A stretch of DNA of 64,000 bases from the NCBI GenBank assembly GCA_027485835.1, contig JAIXQG010000001.1, forward strand, positions 69,902 to 133,901, in the 5' to 3' direction. Position numbers and translations under genes: made by a program. This DNA comes from Alphaproteobacteria bacterium. GTDB lineage: Bacteria; Pseudomonadota; Alphaproteobacteria; UBA2136; UBA6156. The notes beneath the pieces were generated by a model. That model was not told where the DNA came from. It did no database searches and saw only the letters and a program-made list of their open reading frames with translations. Every line of letters begins with the position of its first letter. The stretch's first letter is position 1. Shown here piece by piece: positions 18,850 through 27,551 of the stretch.

Positions 18850-19413
18850 CTAGCCTAAAAGGTGGGTGAGGAGGGTTTTGAGGCCGATGAGGACGAGGAT
18901 GAGGCCGCCGATGATTTCCGCCTTGGGGCCGAGTAGCTTACCGCCGCGCTTGCCGAGTGTGATGCCCAGATAGACTGCGGCTAGCGTGCCGAGGGCGGTG
19001 GCGAGGCAGACCCAGAGAATATTGAGCTCGGTAAACGCGATGCCGATACCAACCGCAACGGCGTCGATATTGGTGGCGATGGCCATGAGAAAGACACGGG
19101 TTTGATTGAGGGCAGGTGTGCTGCCGTGTTGTTGGGGTTGCAGGCCGTTGTAGGCCATGTGCAGGCCGACGCCGGAGAGGAGGAGGAAGGCGATCCAGTG
19201 GTCGAATGCTTCGACCAGCCCGCTGAGCAGAAAGCCGATGCTGTAGCCGAGTGCGGGGGCGGCGACGGCGCAGGCGGTGAAGATGATGGCAATGTCGCGC
19301 TTCTGTTTTTTCTTCAGCGCTTTTTTAAGGCTGGCGCCTTTGCTGAGGGCGGCGGCGAAGGTATCTACCGACAGGCCGACGGCAAGCATGATGAGAGTGA
19401 AAAGCGCTTCCAT
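18850..19413 (-). CDS. mntP: manganese efflux pump MntP
   Basis: 187 aa with two DUF204 repeats (LSVDTFAA / IATNIDAVAVG). Confidence 0.85.
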   Translation of the reverse strand: MEALFTLIMLAVGLSVDTFAAALSKGASLKKALKKKQKRDIAIIFTACAVAAPALGYSIGFLLSGLVEAFDHWIAFLLLSGVGLHMAYNGLQPQQHGSTPALNQTRVFLMAIATNIDAVAVGIGIAFTELNILWVCLATALGTLAAVYLGITLGKRGGKLLGPKAEIIGGLILVLIGLKTLLTHLLG

Positions 19414-19504
19414 GCGCGGTTGGTAGCAGCCATGGATTGATGCCGCAAGAGCGGTTGGTTGGAATGAGGGCAGGGGTGTGACGAAACGCCCTTATGTCAG
19501 CTGG

Positions 19505-20200
19505 TTAATGCAGCTGGCGGCGGGTGGGCTTTTCGTCTTTGGCGTCGGAGTCGCGGCGGTCGTCCAGCTCGGCGGCGGTGTCGCTGTCGGTAGGCAGTTT
19601 TTTCAGTGGCAGGTGACGCATGATGCTGCGCCAGATGGCGACGTGGGTGGGAGACACGTTTGCGGGCCGGGAGTTACGTAGGGCGTGCTCGGGCACCATC
19701 ACGAGTTCGTGATTCGGTTGAAGTTCGATGAGTTCGAGTTGCATTGGCTGTACCTGCATGACCCAGACGAGCGTTTGGACGGGGGTGACGATGCCGTTTT
19801 GCTCGTCGGTGTAGGTAAACATCGGGGCGGCGGCGACTTTATCCAGCGTAATGTTTTGGATTTTGAGGGATTTGCAGAAGGTTTCGCCCAGTTGTGTGCG
19901 GGCGCTGGTACGCATGGCTGCGGCCATGTCTTCGTGCTTGTTCAGGCCGAAAAAGCTGGTGAGGCGGGCGTTGGTGTCGGCCGCTTTGGTGTTGCGGAGG
20001 AAAAGCATCTGGCGGCCGCCGCTTTGGGCGACCCAGAGCACTAATGCGCCGGCGAGCCCAACGTGACCTTCTGGCAGCACCTGCATGGGAGTGCCGTAGA
20101 GGAATGACAGCAGCTTGGCCATGGCTTTTTGGCGCATAAGAAGGCATTGCCAGCCAAACTTGCGCAGGCGTTGGGAAAGTGGGGTAGAGGGAATATTCAC
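19505..20200 (-). CDS. hypothetical protein, possibly a degenerate NUDIX fold
   Basis: 'FFGLNKHEDMAAAMRTSARTQLGETF' loosely resembles a Nudix box; the start is uncertain (GTG at 20200, or internal ATGs). Confidence 0.4.
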   Translation of the reverse strand: MNIPSTPLSQRLRKFGWQCLLMRQKAMAKLLSFLYGTPMQVLPEGHVGLAGALVLWVAQSGGRQMLFLRNTKAADTNARLTSFFGLNKHEDMAAAMRTSARTQLGETFCKSLKIQNITLDKVAAAPMFTYTDEQNGIVTPVQTLVWVMQVQPMQLELIELQPNHELVMVPEHALRNSRPANVSPTHVAIWRSIMRHLPLKKLPTDSDTAAELDDRRDSDAKDEKPTRRQLH

Positions 20201-20387
20201 GATGCTGTGATTATAGGTTTGGAAATACAGTTTTGCAAGAAAGCTGCTGGGTGCGAGGGGTGGGGACTTTTACGAGTGTGTGAGGCGTGATGCATTTGCA
20301 TCATGATCGTGAGGTTTCGGTTTATAGAAAGAGGGTTAAGATGTTCAGTACTTTAAAAGGGGGGAGTCTTAACCTATAATTAAGATT

Positions 20388-21116
20388 ATGAAAACATATT
20401 CTATTCTGGTTTGTGCGCTTTTAGCCTTAAGCGCTGTTGGTACGTTAATTGCACAAGAAACCACGGCTGCGGGAACGATGAATGCGCAGATGTCGTGGAC
20501 GGCACTTAAAAATCTGATTGATCAGGCTGTGAACCAAGCCAAAGTTGCTACAATTACGGCGGAAAATGCGAAGACGACAGCGGAAGATGCCCTTGCACGT
20601 GCGATGAAGATTGAGGCTTGTGGTAACAAAGGTATGATTTATGCGCCTGGAGCTGTGGGTGCTGATGTGGGTGGGTGTATTGTTTCTCAGAACGGTGTTT
20701 TGAGTGGCATTACGTATTCTTCCACTGGCACAAAAAGTTACACCCTGCCGAAAACGGCGGGTATGGACGTACAGGTTACCTGCAGATCTTCCGGACAAGC
20801 TAATAGCACATCTAAGGGGAGTGGCTGGCAGTCTGTTTCTGTTTTGGGGCGGATTCGTCTAAGCTCGGGTTGGGTTAAGCTGTTTGAGGACAGTGATAGA
20901 TGTCATGTGTATTCGGATAGCGGGTCGTGCAGTGTGTCTGCTTCCGGTAGTTACTATTTTTATGAAAAAGGCGGCGTGCTTTACCGTTACAGTAGTGCCC
21001 TTAACATGGCGAATGGTGTTGCTGTCATGGGTAGTAGCAAGTTTACCAATTTATCGAATTGGACTGGAGCGATTGAGGTAACGGGGAATGAATGTACCGT
21101 TGCTGTTGGTCGTTAA
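20388..21116 (+). CDS. secreted cysteine-rich hypothetical protein
   Basis: Signal peptide MKTYSILVCALLALSAVGTLIAQ; 8 Cys in the mature part; lower-GC codon usage. Confidence 0.6.
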   Translation: MKTYSILVCALLALSAVGTLIAQETTAAGTMNAQMSWTALKNLIDQAVNQAKVATITAENAKTTAEDALARAMKIEACGNKGMIYAPGAVGADVGGCIVSQNGVLSGITYSSTGTKSYTLPKTAGMDVQVTCRSSGQANSTSKGSGWQSVSVLGRIRLSSGWVKLFEDSDRCHVYSDSGSCSVSASGSYYFYEKGGVLYRYSSALNMANGVAVMGSSKFTNLSNWTGAIEVTGNECTVAVGR

Positions 21117-21132
21117 TAGACTCAGCTCCGAA

Positions 21133-21157
21133 AAACTCCCCGATGGGGAGTTTTTTG
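21133..21157 (+). terminator. rho-independent terminator
   Basis: aactcccc-gat-ggggagtt followed by tttttt. Confidence 0.75.
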
Positions 21158-21227
21158 ACGGTGAATCGGGCAGCAATGTGGAGGTGACTTCGGTTGCGAT
21201 GGGTTTTCAGGCTGGGGCTTTCGGCCT

Positions 21228-23648
21228 ATGGTGGCGCCCATGAGTATGTTGAGCGACCCCTTTATGGATGAAGAACTGGAACAGCGTGTGCAGCCGATGG
21301 AGGCTGATGTGGTGCCGATGCACAAGGGCGAAGAGTATGCTCCGATAGACCCTGCGGCGGCGTTGCTGCGCGGGCTGAACCCGCCGCAGGCCAAGGCGGT
21401 GCAGCACACCGAAGGGCCGATTTTGGTGCTGGCGGGTGCGGGTACGGGTAAAACCAGCGTACTGACGCGCCGGATTGCGTATCTGCTTTTGACCAAGGCG
21501 GCGTGGCCGAGTGAAATTCTGGCTGTGACCTTTACCAACAAGGCTGCGCGCGAAATGGCCGAGCGTACCGAGCGGTTGGTGGGCGAAAGTGTGGCCGGTA
21601 TGTGGTTGGGGACCTTCCACCGCCTTGGCGTGCGCCTGTTGCGCGCCCATGCCGAGCGTGTGGGCCTTAAGCCGCAATTTGTGATTTTGGACCCCGATGA
21701 CCAGCAACGCTTGGTGACGCAGGTATTGAAGGATGCGGGCTTGGATATTCAGGTGATGACGCCGCGCATGGTGACGAATATGTTCAACCGTTACAAAGAC
21801 CATGGTTGGACGCCCAGCGAAGTGCCGAGCGATGAATATGCGAGCTTAGGCAACGTGGGGAAACAGATTTATACGGAATATGACAACCGCCTGAAGGCGT
21901 TGAACGCTGTGGATTTTGGCGATTTGTTGTTGCTGCCGCTGCACTTGCTGACGCGTCACCCCGACATTGCCGAGAAGTACCAGACCCAGCTGAAGTATAT
22001 TCTGGTGGACGAGTACCAAGACACTAACACCGTGCAGTACCAATGGCTGCGTGCGCTGGCGGCGGGGCACAAGAACATCTGTGTGGTGGGCGACGACGAC
22101 CAGAGCATTTATAGCTGGCGCGGGGCGCAGGTGGCCAACATTCTGCGCTTTGAGCACGATTTTGAAGGTGCCGAGGTGGTGCGTTTGGAACAGAACTATC
22201 GCTCTACCGGCCATATTCTGGCGGCGGCCAACGCGGTGATTGCGCATAACCGGCAGCGTCACGGCAAGAACCTGTGGACCGACAGCGGTGATGGCGGCGT
22301 GATTGAGGTTCACCCACAGTTGGATGACCGTGAGGAAGCGCGCTTTGTGGCCGATGGCTGCTGGCAGCACACGCGGGCAGGGGGCAAGTATGATGACATC
22401 GCGATTTTAGTGCGGACGGCCAGCCAGACGCGGGCACTGGAAGAAGGGCTGATTCGGGCCGGGTTGCCGTACACCTTTGTGGGCGGGCTGAAATTTTACG
22501 AACGCAAGGAAGTGCGCGATTTGCTCGCGTATCTGCGCCTGATTAACAACCCGACCGATAATTTGGCGTTCCAGCGTATTATTAACGTGCCGCGCCGCGG
22601 TATTGGCGACACCACGCTGGCGACGATTGACGCCGAAGCGCGCGGCAGTGGCGAGAGCTATGAAGGCGCCGTGCGCAACCTGATCCGGAATGGTCAGGTA
22701 AGTGGTAAGGGCGGGAGTGCGATGGGGCAGTTCCTTGATAATCTATCCACATGGCGCACCATCATGCAGATGGATACGCCCGACCGTTTGGCCGAGCGTG
22801 TGCTGGAAGAAAGCGGCTACGCCCAGATGCTGCGTGACGACAAGAGCGAGGGTGGTGAAGACGCGAAAACGCGGATTGATAACCTGAAAGAAATGCTGCG
22901 CGCGATGCAGGAATACCCTGATTTGGCGAGCTTTTTGGACCACGTTGCGCTTGTGAGCGAGAGCGATGTGAAGGGCGAGGAGGATACGGTTAAACTGATG
23001 ACGATCCATGCCGCCAAGGGGTTGGAGTTTAATACGGTGTTTTTACCGGGCTTTGAGGAGGGGATCTTCCCACACCAGCGGAGTATTCAGGATGAAGGCC
23101 AGAAGGGGGTTGAGGAAGAGCGGCGTTTGGCCTATGTGGCGCTGACCCGTGCCCGCAAGCGCATGGTGATTAGTTTTGCCAGTGCGCGGCGCCTGTACGG
23201 CCAGTTTATGCCCGGTACGCCGAGCCGCTTTTTGCAGGAAATACCCCAGCAGCACGTAAAGATGATGGCCGGTGGCATGACCCGCTTTGGCAGCGGGGGA
23301 TATGGCTCGGGCGGCTATGGCGGCGGCAGTTATGGCGGGGGTGTGCGCACCCAGCAAGGCAGCCGTTTGGATACCCGTACCAACCGTACCGGAAACGATT
23401 ATGCGAAGCCGGCTGAGCCGATGATTGCGTATAGCCAGACTGAGATGATGCGGGCGGCGAGTGCGCCGGTAAAAAGCATCTCGAACGGTGCGTACAGCGT
23501 GGGCCAGAAGGTGCACCACGAGAAGTTTGGCGGCGGGATGATTAAGGCCGTGGAAGGAAGCGGCAGCGAGACCAAGCTGGTGATTGAATTCAAGCACGCG
23601 GGCCAGAAGAAGATGCTGGCGAGTTTGGCGAAGTTGGATGTGGTTTAA
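21228..23648 (+). CDS. uvrD: DNA helicase II UvrD/PcrA with a C-terminal UvrD Tudor-like domain
   Basis: GAGTGKTSVLTRRIAYLL (Walker A) and TIHAAKGLEF; a Gly/Tyr-rich linker sits before the C-terminal domain. Confidence 0.93.
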   Translation: MVAPMSMLSDPFMDEELEQRVQPMEADVVPMHKGEEYAPIDPAAALLRGLNPPQAKAVQHTEGPILVLAGAGTGKTSVLTRRIAYLLLTKAAWPSEILAVTFTNKAAREMAERTERLVGESVAGMWLGTFHRLGVRLLRAHAERVGLKPQFVILDPDDQQRLVTQVLKDAGLDIQVMTPRMVTNMFNRYKDHGWTPSEVPSDEYASLGNVGKQIYTEYDNRLKALNAVDFGDLLLLPLHLLTRHPDIAEKYQTQLKYILVDEYQDTNTVQYQWLRALAAGHKNICVVGDDDQSIYSWRGAQVANILRFEHDFEGAEVVRLEQNYRSTGHILAAANAVIAHNRQRHGKNLWTDSGDGGVIEVHPQLDDREEARFVADGCWQHTRAGGKYDDIAILVRTASQTRALEEGLIRAGLPYTFVGGLKFYERKEVRDLLAYLRLINNPTDNLAFQRIINVPRRGIGDTTLATIDAEARGSGESYEGAVRNLIRNGQVSGKGGSAMGQFLDNLSTWRTIMQMDTPDRLAERVLEESGYAQMLRDDKSEGGEDAKTRIDNLKEMLRAMQEYPDLASFLDHVALVSESDVKGEEDTVKLMTIHAAKGLEFNTVFLPGFEEGIFPHQRSIQDEGQKGVEEERRLAYVALTRARKRMVISFASARRLYGQFMPGTPSRFLQEIPQQHVKMMAGGMTRFGSGGYGSGGYGGGSYGGGVRTQQGSRLDTRTNRTGNDYAKPAEPMIAYSQTEMMRAASAPVKSISNGAYSVGQKVHHEKFGGGMIKAVEGSGSETKLVIEFKHAGQKKMLASLAKLDVV

Positions 23649-23657
23649 AGAGAGAAA

Positions 23658-23688
23658 AGGCCGTGGGGTTACCACGGCCTTTCTTTTA
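23658..23688. terminator. bidirectional terminator
   Basis: aggccgtgg-ggtta-ccacggcct followed by ttcttttat. Confidence 0.7.
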
Positions 23689-23708
23689 TCGATTGGAGAA
23701 TTTGAAAG

Positions 23709-24044
23709 TCAGAGCTTACCGTTGACGAAGTCGAGGACCGTGAAGATCAAAAAGTCTTTCTTTTCGTTCCCCTCATTCTCGAAAGCGGTTACAGCGGTTT
23801 CCCAGTCGTTCAGAGTCTTCCCTTCCAGCGCAATGATGGGCGAAATTCCCTCGCTGACTTGGGGTTGCAGGCCGATCGAGCCGAAGGCACGAGTAAGAAG
23901 TTGTGACTTCTTAAGTTTCAACAGTTTTGCCAGTTTCCCGAAAAGAACATCTTCCCGTTCGCTCAGCGTGATACGCTGCTTGGTGAGTGACTTAGCAACA
24001 ATTTGAGTTGCTGCAAGGTTGGCCGCATTTACATGGGTATTCAT
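23709..24044 (-). CDS. small hypothetical protein (111 aa)
   Basis: ATG with an AGGAGA RBS; it sits between the tyrS terminator and the uvrD terminator. Confidence 0.5.
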   Translation of the reverse strand: MNTHVNAANLAATQIVAKSLTKQRITLSEREDVLFGKLAKLLKLKKSQLLTRAFGSIGLQPQVSEGISPIIALEGKTLNDWETAVTAFENEGNEKKDFLIFTVLDFVNGKL

Positions 24045-24111
24045 GATTAGGTGTCTCCTGCAAAAATCTTGCGGGGGCTTTTTACGCTTCTTAGTAAACG
24101 TATTCAATAAA

Positions 24112-24136
24112 AAAGGCTCTTTTGGAGCCTTTTTTA
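24112..24136 (-). terminator. tyrS terminator
   Basis: ggctcc-aaaa-gagcc followed by a T-run on the minus strand. Confidence 0.6.
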
Positions 24137-24143
24137 GTCGTGG

Positions 24144-25397
24144 TTAAGCAGTTAAGCTGACCTTTGCGAGTTTGAGCTTGCCGACTTGGAGGGTGAAGGG
24201 GGTTGGTAGCTTCACGGGGGCGGTGGGGTCTTTGCTTTGCTCGCCGTTGAGTTTGACGCCGCCTTGCTCGATCAGGCGGCGGGCTTCCGATTTGGACGTG
24301 GCGAAGTTGGCGGCAACGACGAGGTCTGTCAGAGTAGCGAAGGCTTCCTGCGGGAGGCTCAGTTCCGGTAGGTCGGTCGGCATTTCGCGTTTGGAGAAGC
24401 GGGACTCGAAGGCGGCTTTGGCTTCGTCGGCCGCGGTTTCTCCGTGGAAGCGGGCGGTGATGAAGTGGGCCAGCTTTTTCTTGGCTTCCATGGGGTGTGA
24501 AGGGCGTTCGGCCGCGGGGATGGTGGTGAGGAGGCTGTACCAGCGGTCCAGCAGGCTATCCGGGATGGACATGGTTTTGCCGAACATGTCGGTGGGGTTT
24601 TCGGTCACGCCGATGTAGTTGCCCTTGGATTTGGACATCTTCATCACGCCGTCCAGCCCTTCCAGCAGCGGGAAGGTCATGACGATTTGCGGCTCGATAC
24701 CCCGTGCCTGCATCAGCTGGCGGCCCATGAGGCAGTTGAAGGTTTGGTCGGTGCCGCCGAACTCGATATCGCAGCCTTCGCGCTCGAACATCGCGATGCT
24801 ATCGTACCCCTGCATGAGCGGGTAGAGGAACTCGTGCAGCGAGATGGGGGTTTGGTTGGCGAGGCGGTTGCCGAAGTCTTCCTTCGCGATAAGTTGCGCG
24901 ACGCTGACTTGGGCGCAGAGCTTGATGGTGTCGGCAAAGCTGAGTTCCTTCAGCCAGTCGCCATTCCACATAAGTTTGCACTTGGCGGGGTCGTTTTGGA
25001 TGACCTTGAAGATTTGCTCTTTATAGGTTTCCGCGTTCTGCATGATTTGCTCTTCGGTGAGTGGCGGGCGGGTGCTGTTGCGACCGGAGGGGTCGCCTAT
25101 CAGCGCCGTGTAGTTGCCGATGAGGGGGAGCACGATGTGGCCGAGGTCTTGGAATTTGCGCATGGCGTTGAGCGCGACGGTGTGGCCGATGTGGATGTCT
25201 GGCGCGGTCGGGTCCATCCCCAGTTTGATGCGGAGGGGGCGGTTTTCCATCAGCGACTTGACCAGTTTGTCGAAGAGGCCATCCTTCCCGTGCACGCCTT
25301 TTTCCGGATAGATGCCGGCGGTGCCTTCCGACAGGATGGCATGTTGGCGCGCGGCTTCGGCGAGGACTTCTTTACTGGGAGTGACTTTGGTGTTCAT
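24144..25397 (-). CDS. tyrS: tyrosine--tRNA ligase
   Basis: HIGH motif (DIHIGHTV), KMSKS (KMSKSKGN), and a C-terminal S4-like domain. Confidence 0.95.
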   Translation of the reverse strand: MNTKVTPSKEVLAEAARQHAILSEGTAGIYPEKGVHGKDGLFDKLVKSLMENRPLRIKLGMDPTAPDIHIGHTVALNAMRKFQDLGHIVLPLIGNYTALIGDPSGRNSTRPPLTEEQIMQNAETYKEQIFKVIQNDPAKCKLMWNGDWLKELSFADTIKLCAQVSVAQLIAKEDFGNRLANQTPISLHEFLYPLMQGYDSIAMFEREGCDIEFGGTDQTFNCLMGRQLMQARGIEPQIVMTFPLLEGLDGVMKMSKSKGNYIGVTENPTDMFGKTMSIPDSLLDRWYSLLTTIPAAERPSHPMEAKKKLAHFITARFHGETAADEAKAAFESRFSKREMPTDLPELSLPQEAFATLTDLVVAANFATSKSEARRLIEQGGVKLNGEQSKDPTAPVKLPTPFTLQVGKLKLAKVSLTA

Positions 25398-25425
25398 GGC
25401 GTTGTTTATGGCGTTTTTTAGTTAG

Positions 25426-26436
25426 TTAGACAAGGGCTGCGAAGTCCGTCAGCGTGACCGTGCCGTTTGCGTGGGCGAGGGCGAGGTGCATGCCGTTGGC
25501 CGACCATGCGATGTGTTGCACCGGTTGCGCGTTGGGCTCGTGTAGCAGAATGGCGCGGTCTTCCACTGTTTGGGTGAGGAGCGTGAGGCCGTCGGTGTAG
25601 CCAATGGCGCAGAAGGGGCCTTTGGGGTGCATGGCGAGTGAGGTGACCAAGGTTTCTTGCACGCCGCTGTCGGCCAGCACGCGGGCTTGGGTGCCTGCGG
25701 GGCCTTTTTCGGTGGCGAAGCTCCAGAGCGGGACGCCGCCGCCGCCGTTGGTGCCGAGGGTGGTATTGTCGCTCATCCAGCTAAATTGCGTAATTTTGGA
25801 GGGGTAGCCGCGCATTTGGAGGTCCATGCCGTCGGACAGGCGCCAGAGGTGAATGGCTTGCTCTTGCATGGATGAAATGAGCCATTTGCCGTCGGGCGAG
25901 TAGGTGAGGCCGAGGTGCGAGCCTTTCCAGGGGAGGAGGCGGGGTGGGTTCTTAGTGTTATCTAAAGCCAGAATGCTAGCGCCGCCGTAGTGGCTGACCG
26001 CGAGGCGTGGGCCTATGGGGGAGATGGCCATGCCGCCGATGGTGGACGGGAGTTTGTGTGGGAGCTGGCTGGTGGAGCCGTCGGCGTTAATGATTGTTAC
26101 GGATTTGCCGGTAGCAGCGATGATTTGTTTCTTCTTTGCAAAGTAAACGATGTTTTCGAGGAACATGTATTTCGTATCGGCAAGCAGAGTTGTTTCGCCC
26201 TGCACGGTGGTGAGGTGGATGCGGCCGGATTCGTCGGCGGTGGCGAAGCCTTCGGGTGTGGCGATGACGGTCATCAGCGGGGCGTCGCTGACTTGCACCG
26301 CCAGCGGTTTGGTGAGGTTTGGGCGGAGGAGGTGGAGTGTGCCTTCGCCACCGGCGGCGGCGAGAGTGTCGGCATTCCAGACCAGCCCGTTGATGGGCGT
26401 GTTGAGGGCGTGGGGGGTGTGGGGGTTCGTCGTCAT
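25426..26436 (-). CDS. WD40/beta-propeller repeat protein
   Basis: Repeated ...W / ...GTV..L blade patterns; it shares 1 nt (stop/start ATGA overlap) with the upstream COG0523 gene. Confidence 0.6.
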   Translation of the reverse strand: MTTNPHTPHALNTPINGLVWNADTLAAAGGEGTLHLLRPNLTKPLAVQVSDAPLMTVIATPEGFATADESGRIHLTTVQGETTLLADTKYMFLENIVYFAKKKQIIAATGKSVTIINADGSTSQLPHKLPSTIGGMAISPIGPRLAVSHYGGASILALDNTKNPPRLLPWKGSHLGLTYSPDGKWLISSMQEQAIHLWRLSDGMDLQMRGYPSKITQFSWMSDNTTLGTNGGGGVPLWSFATEKGPAGTQARVLADSGVQETLVTSLAMHPKGPFCAIGYTDGLTLLTQTVEDRAILLHEPNAQPVQHIAWSANGMHLALAHANGTVTLTDFAALV

Positions 26437-27443
26437 TATTGTGCGCAGGCGAGGAATTGCTCTTTGAGTTGCGCCTTGTTGAGGCCGCGGCCGATGAGGA
26501 CGAGCGTGGAGGCGCGTTTTTCGTCGGGTTGCCAGTCACTAGTGAACTCGCCGTCGGACATCATGTGCACGGCTTGGAAGACGAATTTTTTCGGTTCGTT
26601 TTCGATGTTCAGGATGCCTTTGGTACGGAGGATGTTCTGGCCGTGGGTGGCGAGAAGTGTGGACATCCAGTCGTCGAACTTGGTGCCGTCGAGCGGTTTA
26701 TCGGACTTTAGGGAGATGCTGGAGACGTCGGCATCGTGGTGGTGGTGGTGGCCTTCGGCGGCGTTGGCGAGGAATTCGGGATCGACGCCGAGCACGTGCT
26801 CCAAGCTAAAGGCGTGGCGCGTGAGGAGGGAGCTGAGGCTGAAGGCTTGGCCGGAGGCGTCTGTCACCTGACCGCGGGTGCCGTGGAGCAGCGTGGCGAA
26901 GGGGTTGATGGCGCGGATGGCGGCTTCCGCGGCTTCGATATCCGCTTTAAGAACGGCGTCAATCTTGTTGATAATAATGGTATCTGCGAAAGCGATTTGG
27001 TCGGTGGCTTCGGGGGAATCCTTCAGTTGGCCGAGGATGTGGGCGGCGTCGACCATGGTCAAGATGCTGTCGAGCTCGGTGTTGGTTTTGACGTCCGGGT
27101 CGGCAAAGAAGGTTTGGGCGACGGGGGCCGGGTCGGCAAGGCCGGTGGTTTCCAGCAGGATGGCGTCGAACTTGTCGCGGCGCTTCATTAGGGCGGCGAG
27201 GATGCGGATGAGGTCTCCGCGTACCGTGCAGCAGATGCAGCCGTTGTTCATTTCGAAGACTTCTTCATCGACTTGGGCGGTGATGAGTTTGTCATCGATG
27301 CCCTCGAGGCCGTATTCGTTAATGATCACGGCGTATTTGGTGTCGGAATTCTCGCTCAGGATGCGATTCAGTAGGGTGGTTTTGCCGGAGCCTAGGAAAC
27401 CGGTGAGGACGGTGACGGGGATGGGCCGCTTGGTGGAGGACAT
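26436..27443 (-). CDS. COG0523-family G3E GTPase (CobW/ZigA/YjiA-like metallochaperone)
   Basis: GFLGSGKTTLLNRIL P-loop, CxCC (GCICCT), and a His-rich stretch EGHHHHHD. Confidence 0.88.
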   Translation of the reverse strand: MSSTKRPIPVTVLTGFLGSGKTTLLNRILSENSDTKYAVIINEYGLEGIDDKLITAQVDEEVFEMNNGCICCTVRGDLIRILAALMKRRDKFDAILLETTGLADPAPVAQTFFADPDVKTNTELDSILTMVDAAHILGQLKDSPEATDQIAFADTIIINKIDAVLKADIEAAEAAIRAINPFATLLHGTRGQVTDASGQAFSLSSLLTRHAFSLEHVLGVDPEFLANAAEGHHHHHDADVSSISLKSDKPLDGTKFDDWMSTLLATHGQNILRTKGILNIENEPKKFVFQAVHMMSDGEFTSDWQPDEKRASTLVLIGRGLNKAQLKEQFLACAQ

Positions 27444-27502
27444 GGCAAAACCTTTCGTAATGACGTTTAACAGGGCCGATTTTTAGCACGATACGGCCAA
27501 AA

Positions 27503-27532
27503 AACCAACCGCCCCGTAGGGCGGCTGGTTTG
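27503..27532 (-). terminator. terminator of the autotransporter gene
   Basis: ccgccc-tacg-gggcgg followed by ttggtttttt on the minus strand. Confidence 0.7.
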
Positions 27533-27551
27533 TGCGTAAGAACCAAGGTTC

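Noticed and set aside
19414-19504. Possible Mn2+ (yybP-ykoY) riboswitch upstream of mntP
   Set aside because: Only ~90 nt lie between mntP and the upstream same-strand gene, and I could not recognise the conserved yybP-ykoY helices in the sequence; a covariance-model search would be needed.
27444-27500. gtaatgacgtttaac upstream of the COG0523 gene as a Zur box
   Set aside because: The sequence is not palindromic and does not match Zur consensus half-sites well enough to call without a position weight matrix.
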